From positions 18,086 through 82,085 of IMG/VR virus record IMGVR_UViG_3300047476_001831: a stretch of 64,000 nucleotides of DNA, one strand, 5' to 3'. How positions within the stretch are numbered: the stretch's first letter is position 1; the number at the start of each line of letters is the position of its first letter. Origin of the DNA: a virus. The position numbers and the translations under genes were made by a program. This document shows, piece by piece, positions 34,186-44,367 of this stretch. Under the pieces are notes generated by a model. The model was not told the DNA's origin and made no database searches. It saw only the letters and a program-made list of their open reading frames with translations.

Positions 34186-35370
34186 ATGGGAAATTTAAAA
34201 CCTATTGGTAGTGAAAAATTACAAGGATTAGATAAAATTAGAAGAATTATCGAAATATCTAATTACAATCTTAATACTCCGAAATCAATCAACGAGGATT
34301 CATCAAACGAATATAAAAAAACATTAGCTGATGGTAATACATATCACATTGTTAAAGAAAAAAGTGGATATGTTATTAAAAAAGGATTAAATGAATCTGT
34401 TGCAGAATATATTGAACCAATTAAAAACAGAAAATTTTATCCATCGTATTCTCAAGCTCTTAAAAGATTAAATATTATAACTAAAGAAGTTAACATAGTT
34501 GAGGGGCAAGTTAAAAATCTTTCATTATTTAATGAAAGTGAGGATATGGAATATTACTTAGATTTAGAAGAACAAGAAACAACTCCAGCACCAGCTCAAG
34601 CTCCAGTACCTGCAGGTCCACCAGCTCCAGCTGAACCTACAATACCTGAACCAGAAATACCTACAGAAGAACCTATGCCAGAACCTGAAATGCCTCCAAT
34701 GGATGAAGAAGGTGAGGACGATGAAGAAATGATTACTATGAAATCAGTTCAAAAGGCAACTGGAAAATTGGCTCAAAAGATTAGAGCTTTTTTAGGTAAT
34801 GAAGAAAATGAAATGACTTCAGAGGATACTAAATATGTTATTAATTCTATTCTTTCAGCATTAGATTTATCATCTTTGGATGACGAAGATTTAGATGAAA
34901 TTATGTCTAAATTTGAAGGCGAAGAAGGTGGAGAAGAGGAAATGGGTAGTGAAGAAGGATTATCACCTGAAATTGGTGGTGAAATGGGAGGAGAAATGTC
35001 ACCAGAGGAAATGAGTCCTGAACCTCCAGTAGCACCTGAAGGTGGTGAAATGGCAGAATATCGTTTACATGGTGCAAGAAAAAATAGACATATGCAGAAA
35101 ATGGAAGAAATGTTTGAAGACATTTTTTCTGAATCAAAAATTGATAAAGTTTTAAGTAAATATTTTGTTGAACAAACACCTAAAAAACAAGATAGAACAA
35201 TAACGAAAATACAGAATTTAGCTGAATCTTTTAAACAAGAAGTAAAATCAGTTAAACTTTATGAAAAATACAATAATTCCAAATTTTTAGGTAAAAACAA
35301 ATACGGTCAATTGGTATTTGAAATGAACGACAAAAGAATTAGAGTTAATCCTAATGGGGAAATTTTATGA
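34186..35370 (+). CDS. Acidic Pro/Glu-rich head-assembly region protein
   Basis: ORF; ATATTTAT upstream. Confidence 0.7.
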   Translation: MGNLKPIGSEKLQGLDKIRRIIEISNYNLNTPKSINEDSSNEYKKTLADGNTYHIVKEKSGYVIKKGLNESVAEYIEPIKNRKFYPSYSQALKRLNIITKEVNIVEGQVKNLSLFNESEDMEYYLDLEEQETTPAPAQAPVPAGPPAPAEPTIPEPEIPTEEPMPEPEMPPMDEEGEDDEEMITMKSVQKATGKLAQKIRAFLGNEENEMTSEDTKYVINSILSALDLSSLDDEDLDEIMSKFEGEEGGEEEMGSEEGLSPEIGGEMGGEMSPEEMSPEPPVAPEGGEMAEYRLHGARKNRHMQKMEEMFEDIFSESKIDKVLSKYFVEQTPKKQDRTITKIQNLAESFKQEVKSVKLYEKYNNSKFLGKNKYGQLVFEMNDKRIRVNPNGEIL

Positions 35371-35774
35371 ATTTTTTGATATACGTTAATAAGTTAGGCC
35401 AAAATTATAAAGGAGAAAATTTATATGAATTCATTTTCTCAGAAAACTTGGAAAGTATTTGGGGTGAATCATGGGATAGTAAACCAGCAAATGGTTATCC
35501 ATCTCCACCTGATTTAGAACTTGTATCAAAAGTTGGATTGTTAAAAAACGTTTTAGATTTTGAAGTCTTACAAAATTCAGATATATTTTCAATGATTGAT
35601 GGTATGGATGATGTAATTGCCTTAGCATGGGAAAATGAATCTGAAAATGTTAATTTTGACAAACAAAAAAGATTGGTTTTCAGATTTGGGGATAAAATTG
35701 AAGATGTAAAAAATAAACTATACGAAAGAGACATCGTATTAGAATTTGAAAGAAAAGTACAATATGAATCTTAA
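35367..35774 (+). CDS. Hypothetical protein
   Basis: ORF coupled by ATGA overlap. Confidence 0.7.
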   Translation: MNFLIYVNKLGQNYKGENLYEFIFSENLESIWGESWDSKPANGYPSPPDLELVSKVGLLKNVLDFEVLQNSDIFSMIDGMDDVIALAWENESENVNFDKQKRLVFRFGDKIEDVKNKLYERDIVLEFERKVQYES

Positions 35775-36495
35775 TAAAAAAATCGGTTTCTTATTAGATA
35801 ATGGTTTAAGTCCCAATTTTATATCTTCAATGAATGAGGGTCAGGTTAATACAATTTTTAATCGTTTGGTTGAGAATAAAAAAGAGACAAAGGAGGCTGT
35901 TCAAACAACTCAAAAATCTGGATATGAAACAAAAATAACACCAGGTACTAAAGCTAATATCCAAATTGATGGTACTATAATTTCATCATCACCTGATAAA
36001 GGTATTACAATTCAGTCAACAAAAGCACCAGTAGGAACCGGTGAACAAACTGAAGGTGAGATGACAGAAAAATTTGAATCAAAAGCACAACAAGGTTTAT
36101 TTTGGGCACGTTGTAACAAATGTAAGGATGAAAATTGTAAGTGGTGTAAAATGGCGAAAGAATTTTCAAAGAGTACATCCAAGAAACAATATGAAAAAAT
36201 GCCAGAAAAAAAACATCCAGAAAAGACTGTAAAATATAAGAAAAAGAAAAAAACAAACGAGGAGTTTACAATGGCAAATTATTTTGATAAAGTTGCTAGT
36301 GTATATGCGAATAATGCTATGGGTAAAACTGTTGACTCATTGACTAAGGAACAATTTGTAAAAAAACATATAAATAAAATTGTAGAAAACAATTTAAGAC
36401 CAACTATGAAAAAAAGAGATTTATTAAAATTAATTGAATCTGAAATCAAACATAAAAAAGGTTTGAACGAAGATTTTTATATGGATGAAATTTGA
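35764..36495 (+). CDS. Hypothetical protein
   Basis: ORF 35746..36495, likely start MNLNKK. Confidence 0.7.
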   Translation: MNLNKKIGFLLDNGLSPNFISSMNEGQVNTIFNRLVENKKETKEAVQTTQKSGYETKITPGTKANIQIDGTIISSSPDKGITIQSTKAPVGTGEQTEGEMTEKFESKAQQGLFWARCNKCKDENCKWCKMAKEFSKSTSKKQYEKMPEKKHPEKTVKYKKKKKTNEEFTMANYFDKVASVYANNAMGKTVDSLTKEQFVKKHINKIVENNLRPTMKKRDLLKLIESEIKHKKGLNEDFYMDEI

Positions 36496-36754
36496 CTTTA
36501 TGTCGGATGTTGAGACAGCCCCAATCATCAAACCTAAAATCAAACCTAAAAGAGAAACTGAACCAGAATGGGAACCGGATGAAGAAGAACCTGTAATTCC
36601 TGATCCAAATGCAGACCCAGAACCTCAAGCGGATACTGACTTAGAACTTCAAGCAAAAGAAGACGATTTTAGTGAATACAAAGATGATTTTGATTTTATT
36701 ATGTCAAGAATGAATGAAAGTTTATACAAACCAATCAAAGTTAATAGATTCTAA
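36485..36754 (+). CDS. Hypothetical acidic/Pro-rich protein
   Basis: ORF. Confidence 0.6.
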   Translation: MKFDFMSDVETAPIIKPKIKPKRETEPEWEPDEEEPVIPDPNADPEPQADTDLELQAKEDDFSEYKDDFDFIMSRMNESLYKPIKVNRF

Positions 36755-36756
36755 TA

Positions 36757-37914
36757 ATGAAAAGATTACTATATGAAGCACCTGTTGATGATTTTATGAG
36801 TCAAGAGGCCAAAGAAAAGATTCTTGGTGCTCAAAATAGAAAATATCAAAAGGCAAAAGAAGAAAGTGGGGATATATGGTTAGGTGAATTAATGGTTTAT
36901 TTACCAAAAATAGAAAGTCAACATTATGGTAAATTGTTAAAACTCGCTAAAGCTTTATTTTTTTCAAGATTTCCAAAAATCAAAGAAAGAATTGATAATG
37001 GTTCAGTTACTCTTAATGTAAATTTTTCAACTGGAGTGAATCCAAGAAAAACACAACAAACAATTACACCTCAGTTTATAGAAAAAGCAAAAGAGGTCGA
37101 CCCATTGTTTGATGAAAGAGTTAAGGCCAGAAATTTTATTAATGCAACGACTCAAGGTAGTGCTTGGGCTGAGGGATTTAATTTGTATAAAGATGTTGAA
37201 TCACAATTAAATCAATTAGATCCTGAATTGACAAAACAATATAAAAAGTTTGAGAATTCAGCAACAGTATATTATAATGACAATTTAAATAATTTGGAAC
37301 AAATGGCAAAAAGAGCAACAAATAGAGTAGCTTATGCTGATGTTGTTCCAGACCAAAGAAATCCTGGTAGTTGGATTATTAATGTTGAAGCCCCAAATTT
37401 TCCTTTATTGATGCACGAGTTGTATAAAGCTGGGAGATACTTTAATTCTCTACTTTATTTACCAAAAGACAAAGACGTTAATAATACTCTTACAAAAATT
37501 ACTGATATTCATAAACACGAAATTCGTAATATGATTACTGGTAGAGAAATCAGTTCTAAATTGAGATTCTTATGGGGTGAATTAATTGATGATTACGAAA
37601 CTTGGATGGATAGTGCAATACAAACTCAATTTAACAAATTAGCAAACGACAATCCAAAACTATTTAATGAAATTATGTATGATGGTGTTTTAAGTGGAAA
37701 ACCAGCCGCAATGGATAAGTTTGAAAAATTTTCACAAATGATAGTAAATACGATAAAGAAAAATCCTCCCAAAATGGAGAAACCAAATTATGATGAACTA
37801 ATTAAATCTGAAAGAGGAATGGAATATGATGATGAAGATGATGAGGAATATGAAGATGAAGAAGACGATTTAAGTTGGTTAGACGATGTTGATTATGATG
37901 AAGATAAAGATTAA
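36757..37914 (+). CDS. Hypothetical protein upstream of terminase
   Basis: 385-aa ORF with acidic tail. Confidence 0.75.
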   Translation: MKRLLYEAPVDDFMSQEAKEKILGAQNRKYQKAKEESGDIWLGELMVYLPKIESQHYGKLLKLAKALFFSRFPKIKERIDNGSVTLNVNFSTGVNPRKTQQTITPQFIEKAKEVDPLFDERVKARNFINATTQGSAWAEGFNLYKDVESQLNQLDPELTKQYKKFENSATVYYNDNLNNLEQMAKRATNRVAYADVVPDQRNPGSWIINVEAPNFPLLMHELYKAGRYFNSLLYLPKDKDVNNTLTKITDIHKHEIRNMITGREISSKLRFLWGELIDDYETWMDSAIQTQFNKLANDNPKLFNEIMYDGVLSGKPAAMDKFEKFSQMIVNTIKKNPPKMEKPNYDELIKSERGMEYDDEDDEEYEDEEDDLSWLDDVDYDEDKD

Positions 37915-37927
37915 ATAAAATTATGAC

Positions 37928-37960
37928 AAAACCCCCATTTAGAAATAAGTGGGGGTTTTT
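37928..37960 (+). terminator. Intrinsic terminator
   Basis: ACCCCCATTT/AAGTGGGGGT plus T-tract. Confidence 0.7.
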
Positions 37961-37982
37961 ATATTTATATAAAATACAATTT

Positions 37983-39752
37983 ATGAGTTTAACAAAAGAA
38001 CAAGTGATGATAGAGTATGTAAGATGTATGAAAGATACACCTTACGCACTAAGAACATATTTGGAAACATACGACAACACCGTGTCAAAATATGTTCCTT
38101 TAGAGTTATTCCCAGACCAAGTTTCATTATTAAATGATTATGAACAATACAATGAGAATATCGCATTAAAATACAGACAGGCTGGTGTATCAACAGTAAC
38201 TGCAGCTTGGATTTCAAAAAAAATAGCTTTTGCCAAAAAGACAAAACCAGAAAAGATTTTGATTATTGCCAACAAATTGGACACCTCTTTAGAAATGGCC
38301 AATAAAATTAGAATGTTCATTAGTCAATGGCCTAGTTGGGTTGGAATTGACTTTGCGACTGAAAAGAACTCTCAAAAACATTATAAAACAAATAATGGTT
38401 GTGAAGTTAAGGCTGTTGCAACATCTAAGGATGCTTTACGTGGTTTTACCCCAACAATTCTTGTATTTGACGAAGCTGCGTTCATTGATGCTGATTCTGA
38501 TTTTTGGGCTGCTTGTATGGCTTCATTATCAACTGGGGGTAAAGTTATTGTTGTTTCAACTCCAAATGGTTACGACCCAATTTATTATGAAATATATAAC
38601 CAAGCAAGTAGAGGTATGAATGATTTCAAAATCTCTGAAATGTATTGGTTTAGAGACCCAAGATACACCAAGGATTTATATTTGGTTAAAACTCAAGATG
38701 TTATTCATTATCTTTTAAATAAGGAAGAATACTCCAAAGAAAGTATTAATAGTTGGGAATCTATTCCATTTGAGGAAAGAAATTACGATGAACTCAAAAT
38801 GATGATGGATTCTGGTTACAAACCTTGTTCGTCTTGGTTTGAGGGTATGGTCAAAAAATTGAAGTACGACAAACGTAAAGTTTCTCAAGAGTTGGAGTGT
38901 AACTTTTTAGGTTCTGGTGACAATGTATTTGATTCTTTGTTAATGCAAAAGATTAAAGAAAATTACATAAGAGAACCCCAAAATAAGATGATTGGTAATT
39001 CTTTATGGTTATGGAAAGAACCTGTGATGGGACATAAATACGTGATGGGTGTTGATGTTAGTAGAGGTGACAGTGAAGACTTTAGTTCATTTCAAATTAT
39101 TGATTTTGATGAAAGAGAACAAGTTGCAGAATATGTGGGAAAATTACCACCAGATACGATGGCCGAATTATGTTATAAATGGGGTAATATGTATAATTGT
39201 TTTATTGTAATAGACATTACAGGTGGTATGGGTGTTTCAACATCAAGGAAACTACAAGAAATGGGTTACAAAAATTTGTATGTTGATGGTGTTGATTTAG
39301 CTAATAAATGGAAATATGACCCCAAGGCATTAGATAAAATACCCGGATTAAATTTTAACAACAAACGTGTTCAAATTATTGCATCATTTGAAGAAGCAAT
39401 GAGACATGAGTTTAAGATTTATAGTATGAGATTGTTCAATGAAATGAATACTTTTGTATATATAAATGGAAGACCTGACCATCAAAAGGGTCAACATGAC
39501 GACTTAATTATGTCAATTGCGATGGCCACTTATGTTGCCGAATCGTCATTTACTAGTTTAGAGAGGGTTACAGAACAAACAAAAGCAATGTTGGATTCTT
39601 GGTCAGTAAGTAACAATGAAAATGTTACTAAACAAATAGAATTTAATCCGGTAATGCCATATTATCAAGATAACAATTTCAATAGACATAATCAACAACA
39701 AATCAGTAAAGAGGATTATATGAAATATTCTTGGTTATTTGGTGGGAGATAA
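37983..39752 (+). CDS. terL: Terminase large subunit (T4 gp17-like)
   Basis: KYRQAGVST, VFDEAAF, VSTPNG, GVDVSRG, HDDLIM. Confidence 0.95.
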   Translation: MSLTKEQVMIEYVRCMKDTPYALRTYLETYDNTVSKYVPLELFPDQVSLLNDYEQYNENIALKYRQAGVSTVTAAWISKKIAFAKKTKPEKILIIANKLDTSLEMANKIRMFISQWPSWVGIDFATEKNSQKHYKTNNGCEVKAVATSKDALRGFTPTILVFDEAAFIDADSDFWAACMASLSTGGKVIVVSTPNGYDPIYYEIYNQASRGMNDFKISEMYWFRDPRYTKDLYLVKTQDVIHYLLNKEEYSKESINSWESIPFEERNYDELKMMMDSGYKPCSSWFEGMVKKLKYDKRKVSQELECNFLGSGDNVFDSLLMQKIKENYIREPQNKMIGNSLWLWKEPVMGHKYVMGVDVSRGDSEDFSSFQIIDFDEREQVAEYVGKLPPDTMAELCYKWGNMYNCFIVIDITGGMGVSTSRKLQEMGYKNLYVDGVDLANKWKYDPKALDKIPGLNFNNKRVQIIASFEEAMRHEFKIYSMRLFNEMNTFVYINGRPDHQKGQHDDLIMSIAMATYVAESSFTSLERVTEQTKAMLDSWSVSNNENVTKQIEFNPVMPYYQDNNFNRHNQQQISKEDYMKYSWLFGGR

Positions 39753-39772
39753 TATTTATAAATAAAAAAAAT

Positions 39773-39919
39773 ATGGGTTTAGTTGATAGAAAAAAACAAG
39801 GTAACAAAATATTAGCGGGGTCTAAATTGAATGTTCCTGGACAAGGTATTGCCTCAGTTAAAATTCAATCTCAAGATAAACCTAGTATTAAAAGTAACAA
39901 ACAAAACACGAACAATTAA
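39773..39919 (+). CDS. Small basic protein
   Basis: MGLVDRKKQG...; ATATTTAT upstream. Confidence 0.55.
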   Translation: MGLVDRKKQGNKILAGSKLNVPGQGIASVKIQSQDKPSIKSNKQNTNN

Positions 39920-39956
39920 CTCTTTAGTTATTGTTACCTAAGATTAAATTAAATTT

Positions 39957-41732
39957 ATGGAACAAAATCAAAACAACTTAACGGTTTGGCAAAGGTTATC
40001 TCATGCGTTTGGTCCCAACGCACTATTGAATCAGGATTATCCGACTTATAAGTTTGATAAAAAAGAACTTTTAAGAACAACTTCCAAACAAGAATATGAA
40101 AAGGAACTACTTCAGGCTCAACAAACATATTATTTAGCAAATCAATGGACAAAAATTGAAAGTAATTTATATACACAAGCGGTATATTATGAACCAACAA
40201 GATTAGCATCGTTTTATGATTATGAATCTATGGAATATACACCTGAAATATCTGCAGCATTAGACATTTATGGAGAAGAATCAACAACAGTTGATGAGGA
40301 TGGGTTTATGTTACAGATTTATTCAGAATCTAAACGTATTAAAGGTATTTTAGCCGACTTATTTAATAATATTTTGGATATCAACACCAACTTACCTATG
40401 TGGACAAGAAACACATGTAAGTATGGTGATAACTTTGTTTATCTCAAATTAGACCCTGAAAAGGGTGTTGTTGGTTGTATGCAATTACCAAACATTGAAA
40501 TTGAACGTTTAGAAAGAGGTATGCCAGCACAAGCAAGTAGACAAAACGTTGAAGAACCTGCTGAAAACAAAGGTTTGAGATTTAAGTGGAAGGCTAAAGA
40601 TATGGAGTTCAATTCATGGGAAATTGCTCACTTCCGTTTATTAGGTGATGACAGAAAACTTCCTTACGGTACATCTATGTTAGAAAAGGCAAGACGTATT
40701 TGGAAACAATTATTGTTATCTGAGGATGCTATGTTAATATATAGAACTTCACGTGCACCTGAAAGAAGGGTATTCAAAGTATTTGTTGGTAATATGGATG
40801 ATAAAGATGTTGAACCATATGTACAACGTGTTGCAAATAAATTTAAACGTAGTCAAGTTGTAGATTCTCAAACAGGTAATGTTGATATGAGATTCAATCA
40901 AATGGCAGTTGACCAAGATTATTTTATTCCTGTTAGAGATGCCGCACAAACAATGCCAATTGAGACTTTGCCTGGTGGACAAAATTTAGGTGAAATTGCT
41001 GATATTGAATATATTCAAAAGAAATTATTAACCGCTTTACGTGTACCAAAAGCTTTCTTAGGTTTTGAAGAACCTGTTGGTGATGGTAAAAACTTATCAT
41101 TGATAGACATCCGTTTTGCTAGAACAATCAATAGAATACAAAAATCTATGATTGCAGAATTAAATAAAATTGCTATCATACATTTATTCCTTTTGGGGTT
41201 TGAAGATGAATTAAACAACTTTACTTTAGGATTAACCAATCCTTCAAGTCAAGCTGATTTATTGAAGATTGATATTTGGAAAGAAAAAATCGCATTATAC
41301 AAAGAATGTGTTACGCCAATTGGTGGAACAGCTCCAACTTCTATTACTTGGGCTAAAAAACACATTTTAGGTTTTTCTGAAGATGAGATTAAAAATGACT
41401 TACAACAACAAAGAATTGAAAAGGCAGTTGATGCCGAACTTACAAATACTGCAACAATCATAACTAAAACAGGTGTATTTGATATGGTTGATAAATTATA
41501 CACTCAAAAAAGTGGTACTACTGCGGGTGGTGCTGCACCACCTCCACCAGCTGGGGCACCTACAACACCGGAAATTCCAGGAGGAATACCTGAAAGTACT
41601 AAAAAAGACAATTTGAAAATACTATTAGAAAGTAAAAGTATTTTAGACGAAGATGGTTACATAGATTTATCTAAAGGTAAAAATTACTTAGGAGAAATGG
41701 AAGCTGAATTGAATAAACTTATTAATGACTAA
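39957..41732 (+). CDS. gp20: Portal protein (T4 gp20-like)
   Basis: LSEDAMLIYRTSRAPERRVF, DYFIP, IETLPGGQNL, ALRVP. Confidence 0.95.
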   Translation: MEQNQNNLTVWQRLSHAFGPNALLNQDYPTYKFDKKELLRTTSKQEYEKELLQAQQTYYLANQWTKIESNLYTQAVYYEPTRLASFYDYESMEYTPEISAALDIYGEESTTVDEDGFMLQIYSESKRIKGILADLFNNILDINTNLPMWTRNTCKYGDNFVYLKLDPEKGVVGCMQLPNIEIERLERGMPAQASRQNVEEPAENKGLRFKWKAKDMEFNSWEIAHFRLLGDDRKLPYGTSMLEKARRIWKQLLLSEDAMLIYRTSRAPERRVFKVFVGNMDDKDVEPYVQRVANKFKRSQVVDSQTGNVDMRFNQMAVDQDYFIPVRDAAQTMPIETLPGGQNLGEIADIEYIQKKLLTALRVPKAFLGFEEPVGDGKNLSLIDIRFARTINRIQKSMIAELNKIAIIHLFLLGFEDELNNFTLGLTNPSSQADLLKIDIWKEKIALYKECVTPIGGTAPTSITWAKKHILGFSEDEIKNDLQQQRIEKAVDAELTNTATIITKTGVFDMVDKLYTQKSGTTAGGAAPPPPAGAPTTPEIPGGIPESTKKDNLKILLESKSILDEDGYIDLSKGKNYLGEMEAELNKLIND

Positions 41733-41753
41733 TATTTATAATTAAAAACAATT

Positions 41754-42470
41754 ATGAAATTTGGAGTATTAAAATCAAAAATAGATTATGTTCTTTCAGA
41801 ATCATTTAAGAATGAAGAACATTTTAAAGAAGAAGTTAAATTATTCAAAAAGAATATATTAGAAAACAAAACACTAAGTAAACTTTTTTACTTATATGAC
41901 GAATTAAATTCTAAAAAGGGAGTTGATAAAAATATTGTCAACGATTACATAAATGAATCTGTAACAGTTTATGAAAACTTAATTAATAAACTTAAAAGAA
42001 AGGATTTAATAAATGTAAATCAATGGTTATTGGGGGTTAAAGTTGACAATAGTTATGAACATATTGACAATTTGTTTTCAACTGATATTCTCAAACTTGA
42101 AAACAAAATACAGAGTAAAAAAATTATTGCAGAATCACTAACCCAAAAATTAAAGGAAAACAAAGAACTTATCAATATCCCTATAAGTTCTATGATTAAA
42201 TTAGCCAATAAGACTATCAAAAATTTTGTTGAGGGGTTAAATGAAAGTGACAAACAAGAGTTAATTAAATTATTGTCTGAGGATGATAATACACTAGAAA
42301 GTAGATATAATGTTATAAAAGAAGAAGTAATCGGTAAATTAACCAATCACAAAATGAATTCTGATTCTGAAACTTCTTATAAGATTGAAGAAACAATTAC
42401 AAAAATCAAACAAGATAAGTTTGACAAATTATCTTTCTACAAACTAAATAACTTGAATAATAATCTTTAA
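41754..42470 (+). CDS. Head-module hypothetical protein
   Basis: ORF between portal and protease. Confidence 0.7.
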   Translation: MKFGVLKSKIDYVLSESFKNEEHFKEEVKLFKKNILENKTLSKLFYLYDELNSKKGVDKNIVNDYINESVTVYENLINKLKRKDLINVNQWLLGVKVDNSYEHIDNLFSTDILKLENKIQSKKIIAESLTQKLKENKELINIPISSMIKLANKTIKNFVEGLNESDKQELIKLLSEDDNTLESRYNVIKEEVIGKLTNHKMNSDSETSYKIEETITKIKQDKFDKLSFYKLNNLNNNL

Positions 42471-42661
42471 TTGTTTTCTTTTCTTCTGAAATTTTCAGAA
42501 TAGATTGCTTTTTTAATCTCCGTTCTTTTTTTCACGGATTTTTTTGTGAAATCTTTTCTATTCTTTAGTTCAGTCATCAACTTGGTTTTGATTACTTTAC
42601 TTTTGAATATCTTTAATGCTTTTTCAAGTGGGGTTTTACTGTCTACGTTTACGATTAACAT
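42467..42661 (-). CDS. rpsU: Ribosomal protein bS21
   Basis: MLIVNV...LEKALKIFKSKV.KTKL..ELKNRK.F.KKSVKKR. Confidence 0.88.
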   Translation of the reverse strand: MLIVNVDSKTPLEKALKIFKSKVIKTKLMTELKNRKDFTKKSVKKRTEIKKAIYSENFRRKENN

Positions 42662-42747
42662 ACTTTTAGTTTATGATGATTATTTTTGACTATTAATATA
42701 TAATTATTTATTTTTTTTCACAAGAATAAACTTAAAAAATATTATGA

Positions 42748-43200
42748 ATGAAAAAAGGTAAAACCTGTAAAATACAGGGATTCAAAACAACGAAAGTAGT
42801 GTATGGTACAACTGACTCTTTTGATTTAAAATCAATCTATCTAAATTTACAGACTTGGGTTGAACCAAAAGAAGAACTTGAAAAGTGGGATAGAGTTGTA
42901 TTAAACTTTTCAAGACAAATCAAACACACAATATACAATCATATAAATACAAAATTGTTTGAAAAAAACTTTATTTCTGATTTAGATTTACGTTCTAGTG
43001 GACTTTTAATCAACAAAAAATCTTTCTTAAATCTAGAGGTAAATTTCTTCTTAAAAGAAAAAGAATTAGATTTTAAATCAACCATTCTCAAAAATGAATT
43101 AAAGGATTTAACAAAAAAAATTATTCAAGAAAACTTTAATAACAACCCTTATTTCTCCTTCACTCTCACAAAAAAGTGTAAAAACGAAGTTGGTGAATAA
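42748..43200 (+). CDS. Hypothetical protein
   Basis: ORF. Confidence 0.7.
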   Translation: MKKGKTCKIQGFKTTKVVYGTTDSFDLKSIYLNLQTWVEPKEELEKWDRVVLNFSRQIKHTIYNHINTKLFEKNFISDLDLRSSGLLINKKSFLNLEVNFFLKEKELDFKSTILKNELKDLTKKIIQENFNNNPYFSFTLTKKCKNEVGE

Positions 43201-43242
43201 TAAATATAAAACTTTTAATATTTATTAATAAAAAATCACAAC

Positions 43243-43962
43243 ATGAATTTAAGACTTATTAAACCTGGAGAAATAGGTAAAGGTATTTTAATTGAAAATG
43301 ATGGCTGGGTTTCACCAACAAGTGAAAAGAATTCCTATATAATGGAACAAAAAACTTTGTTGGACTATTCTAAACCTTTTGAGTTTTATGCTGTACTACA
43401 AAAATATAACACACCAAATAGAAATGGTAGAATATATCCTGAAAGGATATTAAAGAGAGAAGCTGAAAATTATAAAAAAATGATTGCCAAGGGTACATCA
43501 TTATCTGAGTTAAATCACCCAGAATCATCTTTAATTGATTTGGATAGAGTTTCACACATTATTACAGACGTATGGTGGGAAGGACCTATTTTGATGGGTA
43601 AACTAAAATTATTAACTTCACCAGGTTTTCACGAAAGAGGTATTGTATCAACAAAAGGAGATATGGCCGCTAACTATCTAAGACAAGGTGTTACATTAGG
43701 TATATCATCTCGTGGTGTAGGTTCACTTAAAAAGGTTGGGGAACAAAATGAAGTTCAAGACGATTTTGAACTTATATGTTTTGACTTAGTATCTTCTCCA
43801 TCAACACCGGGTGCTTATTTATTTTTGAACAAAGAGGATAGAGATATGTATGCTGAAAACTTAGAAGAAGATAAAAGAGTTGCTATGGAAAGAAATGTTG
43901 GAGATTTTGGAAACAAATCTCTTGACTTAATGAAAAGATTAAACGATTATTTGGGATATTAA
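43243..43962 (+). CDS. gp21: Prohead core protease (T4 gp21-like)
   Basis: NRNGRIYP, ELNHP, VSHII, GISSRGVGS, DLVSSPSTPGA. Confidence 0.93.
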   Translation: MNLRLIKPGEIGKGILIENDGWVSPTSEKNSYIMEQKTLLDYSKPFEFYAVLQKYNTPNRNGRIYPERILKREAENYKKMIAKGTSLSELNHPESSLIDLDRVSHIITDVWWEGPILMGKLKLLTSPGFHERGIVSTKGDMAANYLRQGVTLGISSRGVGSLKKVGEQNEVQDDFELICFDLVSSPSTPGAYLFLNKEDRDMYAENLEEDKRVAMERNVGDFGNKSLDLMKRLNDYLGY

Positions 43963-43985
43963 GTTAAACCAAAAAAATTAAAGAA

Positions 43986-44201
43986 ATGGAAAACGGACAA
44001 AAATATTTCGTTGCAAAAATTAGTGAAGATTTAGTAGACGAAGAATCTGGAAAAGTAAAAAAGATTAAACTTGAAAAATTGGTGATGGGTTACAATCCAA
44101 CCGATGTTGAAGCAAAAGTCACCAAAATCTATGAACATTACACAATGGATTGGAGAATTACAGCAATTGTGGAAAGTAAAATAGATGAAGTAATTGAGTA
44201 A
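43986..44201 (+). CDS. Small hypothetical protein
   Basis: ORF. Confidence 0.65.
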   Translation: MENGQKYFVAKISEDLVDEESGKVKKIKLEKLVMGYNPTDVEAKVTKIYEHYTMDWRITAIVESKIDEVIE

Positions 44202-44220
44202 AATTTAATAGAAACTTAAA

Positions 44221-44260
44221 AAAGGGTAGTCAAATATTTGGCTACCCTTGTTTTTTTTTT
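44221..44260 (+). terminator. Intrinsic terminator
   Basis: AAGGGTAG/CTACCCTT stem plus T-tract. Confidence 0.75.
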
Positions 44261-44367
44261 ATATCAAACGATATTTATTGTTATCGTAAAATGAATTTTT
44301 TGTGTGTACATAAAACACTACAAAAGATTTTTTTAATAAACTAATATATTTATATATAAAAACAAAA

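Noticed and set aside
37923-37982. Terminase N-terminal extension MTKPPFRNKWG
   Set aside because: It overlaps a terminator hairpin and the late motif; ATG 37983 is the better start
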